NCBI RefSeq assembly: GCF_006345805.1
Contig: NC_042997.1
Location: 56,358,001-56,422,000, forward strand
Length of the DNA stretch: 64,000 bases
Source: Octopus sinensis
Lineage: Eukaryota
Direction: 5' to 3'
Both the position numbers and the translations under genes were made by a program. The notes under the pieces are model-generated. The model was not told where the DNA came from. It saw nothing but the letters and a program-made list of their open reading frames with translations, and made no database searches. Positions 10,688 through 23,100 of the stretch are shown piece by piece (positions within the stretch are counted from its first letter, which is position 1; each line of letters starts with the position of its first letter).

Positions 10688-11105
10688 CAAGGCAGCAAGC
10701 TAGCAGAAATGTTAGCATGCCAGGCGAAATGCTTAGCGGTATTTTGTCTGCCATTACGTTCATAGTTCAAATTCCGCCGAGGTCGACTTTGCCTTTCATC
10801 CTTTCAGGTCGATAAATTAAGTACCAGTTACACACTGGGGTCGATGTAATCGACTTAATCCCTTTGTCTGTCCTTGTTTGTCCTCTCTGTGTTTAGCCCT
10901 TTGTGGGTAGTAAAGAAATAGGTATTTCATTTGCTGTTACGTTCTGAGTTCAAATTCCGCCAAGGTCGACTTTGCCTTTCATCCTTTCGGGGTCGATAAA
11001 TTAAGTACCAGTTATGCACTGGGATCGATGTAATCGACTTAATCCCTTTGTCTGTCCTTGTTTGTCCCCTCTATGTTTAGCCTCTTGTGGGCAATAAAGA
11101 AATAA
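10688..11105 (+). mobile_element. SINE with tandemly duplicated body (GAGTTCAAATTCCGCCGAGGTCGACTTTGCCTTTCATCC family); other copies at about 7540-7760, 8160-8395(-), 13770-13910, 18100-18200, 19555-19705, 32460-32650, 33880-34100, 50235-50430(-), 50495-50700(-)
   Basis: B-box-like GTTCAAATTCC; 10921-11105 repeats 10740-10920. Confidence 0.85.
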
Positions 11106-14100
11106 GAAATAGTAACCAAGTCTCCTTCAACAATGACAGTATTCTTCTTCATTGTCATCATCATTGTTTTTATGTTTTCCTTTCCATTCTAGCATACTGG
11201 TTTGACAGGCCTCTTTGAAGCAGTATTATTGGGTCGAATATAGTTCCTGGCACCTAACATTCCATTATTATGACACAAAGTGATATGGTATACCCATTTA
11301 AAAACTGAGTTACTGTTAGATACTTTTTTTTAAAATATTTTACATTTGTATTTCCCTATTTGCATAGTTGAGATGACTCATGCAAATTTGGTTATTTTGC
11401 ACTGTTAGAGTGAAATATTTTACCAATAGCTGTTCTTCCTACTACAGACAAGTGTTCTAAAGAGGATTTAGCATCTATTTTCATCTATGCATATTGAGGT
11501 AACTATAATACTATATCATATCTAGAGTAGAAATAGAATGGCTTAGATATTAGATAACCAACTCTAAGGTTTTCACTTCCACTCCACTGCTTGAATTTTG
11601 CTCTATATTTGTGCAATAGATTTAATTGCACATGCCGCAGTTCAGCTAACTGTCAAAAACAGAATAGTTACAAAATCCTGTGGAAAAAAGTTTCCAAGAT
11701 TATCTGATGTTTTATCCAGATAGAAATTTGTGTCTGTTCCACTGAATGTCATGAAGTCAGAGTCATTACCTTTTAGCTTGACTTGAGGCATAGGGGCCAT
11801 ATGTTGTGGCAGACACAACCAAGAGAGAAGTGGGCTGGTCTACTACTGATAAATAGTGGACAGACGCAGCAAGCAGTGTCAGTCAGTGAGGTACGCCGTA
11901 CGGGCCAGTCATGCAGATGACAAAGTTACGTCGTCATAATGTTGGACATATCAGTAGCACTACAGGTAAGCAATGTAGACTGGTACTGCTTGTGGCATTC
12001 TGAAGAGAAAAATAATTCTGTATGGAAGAAGAAAAAATAATAATAATAAGTCCGTATGAAGGATCTAAGTCAGGTCGCTGTGGGTTAGTAGTGCTACTGG
12101 TAAACAATGTAGACTGGTACTACCTGTGGCATTCTGAAGAATAAAAAAAAAATCTCAGAGTGGGGAGGTTGTTTATGGAGGACCAGCAGTCACCCATGCA
12201 TACCAGCCCCTCCCCTCTCTATGCCACCAGTGTTATCCAAGGGAGAAGCAAAGGCCGAGATAGCTTGGCACCTGTGACATTGCAACTCATTTCTACAGCT
12301 GAGTGAACTGGAGCAATGTGAAAATAAAGTGTCTTGCTTAAGAGCCCAATACACAGCCCAGTTCAGGAATCAAACTCACTACCTTATGATTGCGAGCCAT
12401 GCATTTTCACATAGTTGTATGATATATATGTTTATACATAAATAAGTGTCTCATGATGCATTGCTGACAGGACAATCCTAATATTGTGAAAGTGATCTAA
12501 TCTTTGATAATATCTAAAATATATTCCTGCTAGTATATCAGTTTAGCAGCTTTTTACGTACATCTCTGTATTTTGGGAACTGATAAAAGTAAATATATCT
12601 GAATTAGATTTCAATAAAGTACACAAGTTGTTTGCAAAAACATAAAATGTTAAAACTGCTACAGATATAGCTATAAATGTTGAAACATTGATATTTTCCC
12701 ATTGCAATTCAAAAGGACATATTTTCAGATGAATTTTCTCATGCCAGCAAGGATTAGAAATATAAAACCAGTACTTTAAACATTACTTTTACTCACTTCT
12801 CTTCTGATGTCTATGTGTGTGTCTGTGTGTGCATCACTAAAAATCAAGAACTACCCAATGGATTTCATTCAAATTTTACACATGCCTTACTTAGGGTCCA
12901 TGCAGTGTTATGAGCCAAAAAGATTTTCAACATCTTGGAAGAAAGCAGTGAATGTATATGAAAACAAGGATGGAAAAAAATGGAGAAATGGTATACAAAT
13001 ACAAATAACAGGACATTAACAACAGGTGTCTTTCGACTAAGGACAAATTGAATTAAGCTGGCATGTGTGGAAGTAAAGCCTTATGGCAGGGACATACGAT
13101 TTGACGAGCACAGGGAGAAAGTTAGATGTTGCATAGATGATAGAAGAACCAAGTACTTATCTACGCACGCATGTGTGTGTGTGTGTATACATTTACACTT
13201 CTTCAAAATCACTGTCAACAAATTATCCACTTGTTTTGCTCCCTTAAAGACTTATGTAATAAAAGATCTCTTACTCAAAAACCAAGTAATGGTTAATAAC
13301 AGGAAAGGCATGCAGCTGTAAAACAATGCTTCAATAAATATAGTTGTCTAATTAATGTTATGGTAGAACATGCTAAATCATCATCATCATTGTTTAACAT
13401 CTGTTTCCATGCTGGCATGAGTTGGACAGTTTGACATGGAGCTGGCCAGCTGGAGAACTGTCCAAACTACAATTATCTGTTGTGATGTGGTTTCTACAGC
13501 TGGATACCCTTGCTAATGCCAACCACTTTACAGAGTGTGCTGGGTGTTTTTTATGCGCCACTGGCACAGGTGCACTTACGCAACACTGTCTTGAGTGCAT
13601 TTTATGTGGTATCAGCACCTGCAAAGGACATGCCTGTATTTATGGATGACAGCAATTTTACTTAGCTTGATGTATCTTAAGTACAGCAAATCGCCACAAC
13701 TCCTGGTCCTTTGTCATTTTCTCAGTGATGCCCAGCATCTAAAGATCCTTTCTCACCACTTCATCTTTATGTTCTGAGTTCAAATTCCTCTGAGGTCGAC
13801 TTTGCCTTTCATCCTTTTGGGGTTGATAAATTAAGTACCAGTTGCGTACTGGTGTTAATCTAATTGACTGGCTCTCTCCTCAACAATTTCGGGCCTTGTG
13901 CCTTGAGCAGAAAAAAAACAAAATTGTTACGCATTCTCAATATGTAAAATTTTAGTATTTTCACACGTCAATGAGGAGAATTTTCTCCTGAGACTGTTTC
14001 CACAGTGAAAGGTTTTCCTATGTCTGAGTATACATTAACATGTTAAATAAGAATGTACATGCATATATTTTTATTCTATGTTGCTTTGAGTCACTCTAGT

Positions 14101-14943
14101 TAATTAATCCCAGCTTGACCAAGCTTTGCACACGTCAGCAAATGTACTATTTGCTGTTCTTATATATAAGAACAATTGTTCTTATAGAGCTTTGAAAGAT
14201 TGATTTGGTATTTGTATCATCATGAAGTTTAACAATCTAGAAACACATCCTACAATCGGATGATGTCATTCATAGCCTAATGTATTTTCAGGCAATTTGT
14301 CTATGACCAACTAGTGACCGAGACCTTTGGCAATATGGTGTGCTTGAGAAGACCTGTCAAATGCATCTTTTGAGTGTTGGGCCTTACAAAGGCAAGGTGG
14401 CTGATGCCGGTGGCACATGAAAAGCACCTTTCATGTGTTGGACCTCATGGAAGCAATGACGAATGACAGACCTTTGGCATTATGCCGTGCTTGAAAAGAA
14501 GAGCCATCAAGCCAAGTAAAATTATAGTTGTGACAGATACTGGTGTCATGCAAAATGACATTCATACTGGTGGCATGTAAAAGCACCCATTACACTCTGG
14601 GAGTGGTTGGCATTATGAAGGGCATCCAGCCATAGAAACCATGCCAAATCAGATTGGAATCTGGTACAGCCCTGCAGCTTACCAGCCCTGGTCAAACCAT
14701 CCAACCCATGCCAGCATGGACAACGGAGATTAAATGATGATGATAATATCTATGAGAAGAATTTACTTCTGAGATTATTTCTGCAGTGAAAGAAATTATT
14801 TTTTTTACTACAGCATTGTAGAGTAGGTGTGAGAGGCCAGCTCTGGCTAGTTTGAACATAAAACAGGTGAACTATTTGGGCTAGATATACCTGGTGTGTA
14901 TGCTAAAGGGTTAACTTAGTTTTTGACATTGATGTACTTATAA

Positions 14944-16800
14944 GTGACAAAAAAAGCAGTGCTTGAATTTGAACAGTGCATAGCAGCCAATCCTGACAGC
15001 AAGGTTTTCTGGAAATATGTGCATTCGAAGCAGAGACCTCACTCTCCAGTGGGCCCTCTTCGCAACCCTCACACAAACCAGATCACTGACGACCCCAAGG
15101 AATGTGCAGAACTCATTGCCGAGTGCTATGCAAACATATTCACTGTTGAAAGTCAAAATGTACCATCTTCACCATCTCTAACAGCAAATTCCATAACAAC
15201 TATGGAATTTACACCTGCAATGCTGCGACGTCACATTCAAAATAAGCGCAACTATGCCTCCCCTGGTCTTGGTGGAGTTACATACTTGCTTCTCAAACGT
15301 GGCAGGTACTTCCTTTTACAACAGCTCTCTACTTTCTTCCAGTACTGTCTCAACAATGGTGCTACTCCGGAACAGTGGAAAACTGCCAGTGTCATTCCTC
15401 TGTTCAAGAAGGGCGACCGCACATCACCTGTCAACTATCGCCCAGTCAGTCTCACTAGCTGTATTGCAAAACTGATGGAATCGTGTGTCAGAGAAACACT
15501 TTGGAACTTCTGGAGCTCACACAGTCTCATCCGAACCTCACAATATGGATTTGTCCCTAACTCCAGCTGCAGTGATCAGCTTGTCGAGTTCCTTGAGGAC
15601 ATTACTCAGATCACTGACAGTGGCTCATGGGTGGATTTTGTCAACCTTGACTTTGCTAAGGCTTTCAACTCTGTGCCACACAAAAGGCTTATGGTGAAAC
15701 TCTCTGCAATGGGTGTGAGGGATGACCTTTTTAACTGGTTGAAATCCTTCATTCTCAACCGAAAGGAGGTAGTCACAGTTCTAGGACAGCATTCTACACC
15801 ATATGAGATGTCATCGGGTGTACCACAGGGATCTGTCCTTGGTCCCCTCTTGTTTGTGGCATACATTAATGACATAGATGCAAATTTAAAGAATGCCACA
15901 GTATTAAAATATGCAGACGACATCAAGCTGTACCTTGAAATCAAGAGGACAGATCCTGTTGTCTACAGCTCTTTCCTGCAATCAGACCTGGACACAATGC
16001 AGCAATGGATCACAGACTGGCAACTGAAACTGGCTGTGGACAAGTGTACCACCATGCATTTTGGGAGAAAAAACCCTGCGTCCACATACTCCCTCCACAA
16101 CACTGATATCAAGAAATCCTCTTGCGAGCGTGACCTAGGCATCACTGTCAGCAGTGATTTGTGTTGGACAAAGCATATCTCTAAAATTGTCAAGAAGGCC
16201 GAGGGTGTCTTGGCATCACTCAGCAAGACTTTTGTTAGCCGCTCTCCAGCCATCTATTTAAAACTGTATACAGCTATGGTATGATCACACTTGGAATTCG
16301 CATCATCAGTTTGGAACCCCTATCTTGCTCAGAACATTGACCTTCTGGAATCTGTTCAGAGACGTGCAACCAAACGCATACCCTCCATCAGACACCTACC
16401 ATATTCTGAGCGCCTTGTTTCCCTGGGCATGGATTCACTGAAGCTCCGGCGTCTGGCGACGGACTTGGTAAACGCCCACAGAGTTGTCAACCACCTCACC
16501 AATAACAACACTGAACATCTTTTTGATCTCCATGTGTCTAACACACGTGGACATGCCTACAAAGTCAGAAAACAACACAGCTCCCATGACTTTCGGAAAC
16601 ATTTCTTCACACTCAGAGTTGCTGAAGCATGGAATAAACTGCCTGCGTCAGTTGTTGACTGCCATGACACTGCATCCTTTAAGGCCCTCATGCTTTCCGA
16701 AATCCGTCGAAACTACACCTGATTATATATACACTTTCGATGAGTTGTAGTGCACCTGAGCACGGTACACAATGTTTATTATTATTATTATTATTATAAT
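14944..16800 (+). mobile_element. 5'-truncated CR1-type LINE (RT domain), young copy
   Basis: DFAKAFNSVPH, GVPQGSVLGPLLF, YADD, ERDLG; one TGA at 16282-16284; (TAT)n tail near 16775-16800; no endonuclease domain. Confidence 0.95.
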
Positions 16801-17039
16801 AGGAGTAACATCAAATCTGCTGGCACAAGATGACTGTGGAATTTGAATGTTACTTAATTTGAAATGATAATTGAGTTTCCTTATTATGAAAGATAGTTGC
16901 ATGAACTTCTGATTATATAAATAATATTCATATGATTTTTAATATACAAATCATATAACTACGTATGAAAAAATAACATTTTTTGAAATCTTCTGTTGTT
17001 AACTTTATCTATATTCTGTCTCTGTTTTATATTTTTCAG

Positions 17040-17125
17040 GGCTGTTAATATTCTTTAGTCTCTTAGGAACATTTTGCTATGCAAATCGAGGCTTTGATAG
17101 GCAGACACATCAACTTATTGCTCGG
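17040..17125 (+). CDS. RNFT2: RNFT exon (xG-LLIFFSLLGTFCYANRGFDRQTHQLIAR)
   Basis: tttttcag| acceptor, |gtgagt donor; resembles the RNFT2 segment GIAVCIGMASTFAYAN. Confidence 0.8.
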
Positions 17126-20100
17126 GTGAGTTTCTAGTTGCTATCACAACAAAAAATAAAAAAAAGAAAACTTTAAATCAGAGGTTCTCAACTGGGGTCC
17201 ATGGTAAATTTTCAGGGGCCATGAAAAAATTGTGCTTTAGACCAGTAAGGTTTATGTGCAATAAATTGGTTATACATCCATAACAAAATATTTTAACAAT
17301 TTTTATACAAGTCCTAATAATATTTAATTATAAAAAAAATGATAGGACTTTTTAAACATTGAGTGACTATGGGGGTCCACCCAAGTAAGATAGGAATCAA
17401 AGGGGTCCATAGGTAAAAAATGTTTGAGAACCCCTGCTCTAAATAATCTTTGATGCTCTTTTCTTTTTCCATTTTGTAAACTTTTATATTTTTACTCTTT
17501 CTGTAATACTATCTGCTCACCTAATGCAATATTTAATTATTTGAAGGAGATAAACACAAGTAATTGGAGTGGCCTTATTATATTACTGTCAATAATTTTA
17601 CCAACCCTAACCTTATGAATAGCCAAATTGACTGTCAGCAAGATTTTAATTAAAAAGTAAAAAGGATAAAACTAAATATAGTAAAACTCTGCTGTTTCAG
17701 GTAGACGTCATAATTTTTTACTTATTTCTTTTATTAATGAGTGATAAACATGTAAGGATAACATTTCAAGATGTATCAAACTTAATGCAACAGGATACTG
17801 AATATAAGTACTATAAACATTTCTATATAGCATCCAAACCTCGTTAGGATATATCTCTAGCTGTTCTAGCGTGTTGTCAAGGACTAGATTTAATAAAAAG
17901 ATATTGGAGTTTCAACACACACATACTTATGTTAATACCACTGCTACCACTTACTGTAGCATAGTTTTCTGTTCTTTCCCAACTCTTAACTATTGGATGC
18001 AGTCAAGATGAAACTGATATCAGTATGTTCTCCATTTTTCTTGGTGGTGCCAAGATGAATTAACAAAATTGTTTAAGCAATGGACAGAATGCCTCATAGT
18101 ATTTGTTCTGATTCCCTGCACTCTGAGTTCAAATCCTACCAAAGTCAACTTTGCCCTTTATCCTTTCAGTGTCAATGAAAATAATATAAGTCCAGTGCAG
18201 TGGATTGGTGGATCTAGGAAAGTTGGGTTGGATGTCTTGTGATATTTATTCGAGCTGTTTATGTTCTGAGTTCAAATCTTGCCATGGTCTACATAGGTGG
18301 TAGACTTAATCCATTGCTCAGTTTAACATCACTACATCGCTCCTTGGGTACCTTTAGTGGAAACATTTCTGCTACTAACATTTGGATTAGATTTTCAGTA
18401 TAAGGATGCCCTCCTCCTAGCCTCCCACCAGTCTTGGAAGCTCTGTGAAGGGTTAAAGACACCGCCTTCCCTCTTTACTAAAAGATAAAAAATAAAACAC
18501 AACTGTGATGTTTGATGCTTCAGGTCAAATTCAGTATTGGTTTTTCTAGTGTTATATGGAAATTAAATTTGACACTGTAAGTTAACCAAACACTGTTATT
18601 GCTAACAGCTTATAATTTCTTTATACTTATATCATCAGTCCACCTGGAACAATCTTCTAGATGTTCTAGATGAGCACTGCACATCCATCACAGACTGCAA
18701 ATGTATTTTTATAATAATTCAGTTCTTGCAGTGTCACAATATAATCTGGTCATAATTGTCTTCAAATCTAATAATATACCTTTAGAAATAAGGACTAAAT
18801 CAAATTGGAGTCATAATATGTATAGAAATAGCCTAAAGTTTGTTTATACTTATGCCAGAGTAGGATTTTGACTAATATAGCACACTTTGTGTCAACAATC
18901 ATCTGACATCACTGTTGTTTTACAGTTATGTGGTGATAGACACAGTGTAACACCAATTATAAGATACAAACCATTAATCTTTGGTCAGAAGGTCAAACCT
19001 TATTGAGTCAGCTTGCTGTAATTCTTACAATATTTGAATAAAAAAAATATAAAATTAAAATGTATTTTAAATTTGTTGTTTTGAAAGGGAGATAAAGTCA
19101 ATGAAACTTAGGTAAACTATTCCAAAACTGGTATTACTAACCAAGTGCAATTGGCTTGAAAAGTCATGAAAACATGTTTTCACAGACATTCATATGTCAT
19201 AAATAAAGATTTCTCACTTTGACACCAAGATACATGTTTTTAGGGAAAGGATTCATTGAAATGAAATAAGCAAAGTATTGCCTGCAAATATTTTTTTGAT
19301 GACAAGAGGAATGAAAAGCAAAGTTAAAAATTGAACTCAGAATACAGAAAGTTGAAACCAAACACGGTACAGCCTTATTGTCATATATAATGTCCTACAC
19401 CTTATTGTCATAATATAATGTCCTACAAACTACTGAGATTTCAGGGCATCAGCAAAGATGTTTTGTGTAGTGTTTCAAAGCATAATTATTGGAGTGGTTT
19501 TCTGTTACCTCTTTCTGTTTTATGGGAATATTTAATTTTATTTCATTCGTCTTTACTTTCCAAGTTCAAATTCCACTGAGATTGACTTTACCTTTCATTC
19601 TTTTGGGTTGATAAAATAAGTACCAGTTGAATACTGGGGTTGATGTTATCGACTTACTCCCTCCCCGAAGTTGCTGGCCTTGTGCCAAAATTTGAAACTA
19701 GTATTTCAGTTTATCTCTGCATGTTACTTAAATCAGTTATATAACCTCCTTATGGTGCCTCTGTACACTTAGGAAAACTGGACTATTAAGTTTTTGTTTT
19801 GAACACTATAATCATCTTTATATATAAAAGTGAAGTTGTATGTCTGTCTCCTACGATTTAGATTCCTAACTACTCCCACATTTTGCGGTGCAGTTTAACC
19901 AAAACCGGGTATCTTATAGTCGTGATTCATATCGAGCCTTTCTGGGTATTAGCGCGTGTCTACGATGAGTCTACGATTTAAAAAAAAAATTACCATCTTT
20001 TTTTCCTATTTTTAATGTATTTTTAGCATATATAAGGGAAGTAACTCTCTAAAAATGCTTATATAGTTATTTCCCTTAGACAGTCTTAAATAGCTTAAAC

Positions 20101-23100
20101 GTTTTCATACTGTTGTGTAGCGTTCCCAGTGTGAATTTGAAGCGTTCCCTGAAAAAAATCAACATATTTTGATGGATAAAAATAAATTAGAAGATTGAAT
20201 TATTCTTTTCATCGAAAACGTTGAAAGGCTCAATCATTCGTAAGTTATTATATTTTAACTTGTTCTTGACTCAACCGAATAAAAAAACCAAGTATTTTTT
20301 TATAAATGAATCAGCCGCTTAGGAAATGCCCCTGCTTAATTCAAATCAAATCAAAAATATAGAAATTTTGTTATAATGATTTGACTGAAAATTACAAGAA
20401 TTGGTGTCTTCTAACTGACTTTAAGATTTTATTGTTCAAATTCCTACTATTCGTTACTCTCGTTGCTGTTATGCCGAAAAGAAAAAGAACAGTTTTGACA
20501 TTAACAAAGATGCAGCTCCAAAATAAAAGGCGGCTTAGAGCTGAAACTTCCCTTCAAAGACAGTCGCAGATTGTAGGGTGCTCTGCTGAAGTGAGGGCTG
20601 TGGCCATCGATGAGGGTTGTTTGAATAAAACAGATAGTAACAACGATTTCAATGCACTTGCACATGCATTTGAAAGTTCTTCCAATGTTTTACTTCCAGA
20701 CATCGGTAATACTCCTTCCAGTTCACGTGCGTGTAGTGTTGTGAGTGAACAAGAACATAAACAAAGGCTTGCAAAGAAAGCAAAGGCCAAAGCTACTGCT
20801 CGAGCTGCAGAGAGTGAAGTTGCGCACTCACTTCGACAAAAGAAAGATGCTGTGGCCAAATCGGCTGATCGGGCTTCAGAAAGTGAAATGCAGTGTCAGC
20901 TTCGACTGAATAGAAACGCTAAAGCAACTGCAAATGCAAAAGCTTCAGAGACGACAGATGAGCGCCTCAATAGACTGGGAGAAGTTATTCAATATAAAAG
21001 CAGAATACAGGGTATAAGTAGGGCATCTAAAACAAGATGGTCAATGAAGGCTTTTAATTATTACCCAAACAACAATTTTGTCTCGCATAAGGATTTTCAA
21101 ATAGGCTCAATGAATAAATTATGTAGGTTTTGCAAAGCAAAAAAATGGTGTGGGGAGCCAATAGGAATATGTTGCTCTAATGGTAAGGTAAATTTACCAG
21201 CTCTCAGCGATCCACCTCAGCCATTAAGACTTCTTCTTACAGGTACTCATTCGCTATCAAGGGGGTTTCTTAAGGATATCCGATATTATAATTGCGCTTT
21301 TCAAATGACATCTTTCCGATCGGATTATCAACCAAGGGCGTATTTATGCCCACGATGAAAGTCCAGGGCCAGGTTTACCATTTTATTGGACCGTTGCAGC
21401 CTGATGCCAACAAACAGCCTCAATGTCTCCAGGTCTATTTCATGCCAGATGTTTTGCAGCAAGCTTCAAGGTGAAATTCTTATGCCTTTCGAAATGAAGG
21501 TCAACAAAGCTCCTCTGCAGACAACCAGCGACTGAAAGAGTACACAATAAAAGTAGAGGAGAGACTTGGACTCATTCTCGAACTTCAAGATATGCTACAT
21601 AATAATAACAGCTATGTTCAGAGCTTTAAATATGCATTAGAGGTAGCTCCTGCAGACAACTTCTATGTTGTCATTGATGCTGATCAGCGGCCGTCTGGAG
21701 AACATGCAGGACGCTACAACTCTCCTTCTGTTAATGAGGTTGCAATTATTCTAGCAGGTGACCCGCACGGCACACGTGATATTGTCCTCTCACATCGTAA
21801 ACAAGGTGTAAAGACTATATGTGATACACATAGGTTGTATGATGCACTTTAGTATCCCTTGCTTTTTGTTTATGGTGAAGACGGATACCATTTCAACATT
21901 CAACAACGTAATCGTACTAATCCAGGGGTTCTTTCATCCAAAACAGTTTCATGTAAAGCTTTCTATTCATTTCGATTCAGGATTAGAGATAACTGTTTTA
22001 ATCATCTCCATCATTCTCAAGACCTCTTCAACCAGTATGCGACTGACATGTGTGCAAAAATGGAATCAGAAAGATTGTTATTCATTAAAAAAAGCCAGAC
22101 TAAACTGCAATGTGAAAGTTACATACACCTACGTGATGGTATGAACAATGACGTGGATCCTGAAAGTCTGGGTACAGTTAAAATTCTACCATCCACCTTT
22201 ACTGGAGGCCCTCGTTATATGCACGAGAGGGCTCAGGATGCAATGACATATGTTCGGAAATTCGGTAGGCCCGAGTTATTCATAACCTTCACTTGCAATC
22301 CTAAGTGGAAGGAAATTGAGGACGAACTTCTTCCTGGTCACACAGTCACACGCCGTTATGATCTCTCAGCGAGGGTATTTCATCTTAAGTTACTTAAGCT
22401 CATGGATCTTATCAAATTAGGTGAGGGCTTTGGTCCCGTTATAGCTGACGTGTATACAATTGAATGGCAAAAAAGAGGGCTTCCTCATGCTCATATTCTC
22501 ATCTGGTTGGCAACGAAGGTCAATTCAAACGATATTGACAGCATAATCTCGGCAGAGTTCCCTGATCCTTCAATCGATAAGGACTTGTACATGAAAGTTA
22601 AGGCTCATATGGTGCACGGTCCGTGTGGGCCTGGTTTAAGAACTGATTTACCGTGCATTTCAGGCAATAAGAGATATACCAAAAAATTTCCACGCCCTTT
22701 CGTCCATGAAAGTCAGACTGACACTGATGGCTACCTTTTGTACAGACGTAGGCGCCCTGAAGATGGAGGTTTTACGGCCATTGTTAATGGTTACGAGGCT
22801 GACAACGGATGGGCTATTCCATATTGTCCATTTTGTTGAGCGTTTTCGATGCACATATCAATGTTGAATTTTGTAGTTCTGTTAGTTGCATCCAATATAT
22901 ATGTAAGTACATAACTAAGGGCTCCGACGCAGCTTCATTTACTCTACGTGGTGGGGACAGTAGAGATGAAGTGACGCAATATCAAGTTGGGGGCTACATA
23001 AGTAGTAGCGAGGCCTTTTGGCGATTCTTTGGCTTCCCTATTCATGAAAGGCATCCTGCAATCATACACTTAGCCTCGAAAATGGTCAGAGGATGTATTA

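Noticed and set aside
11900-11971. CAG|GTAAGC donor as the missing upstream RNFT exon
   Set aside because: Phase is compatible, but the peptide (MQMTKLRRHNVGHISSTT) is not RNFT-like and lies in repeat-like sequence that is partly duplicated at about 12095-12145.
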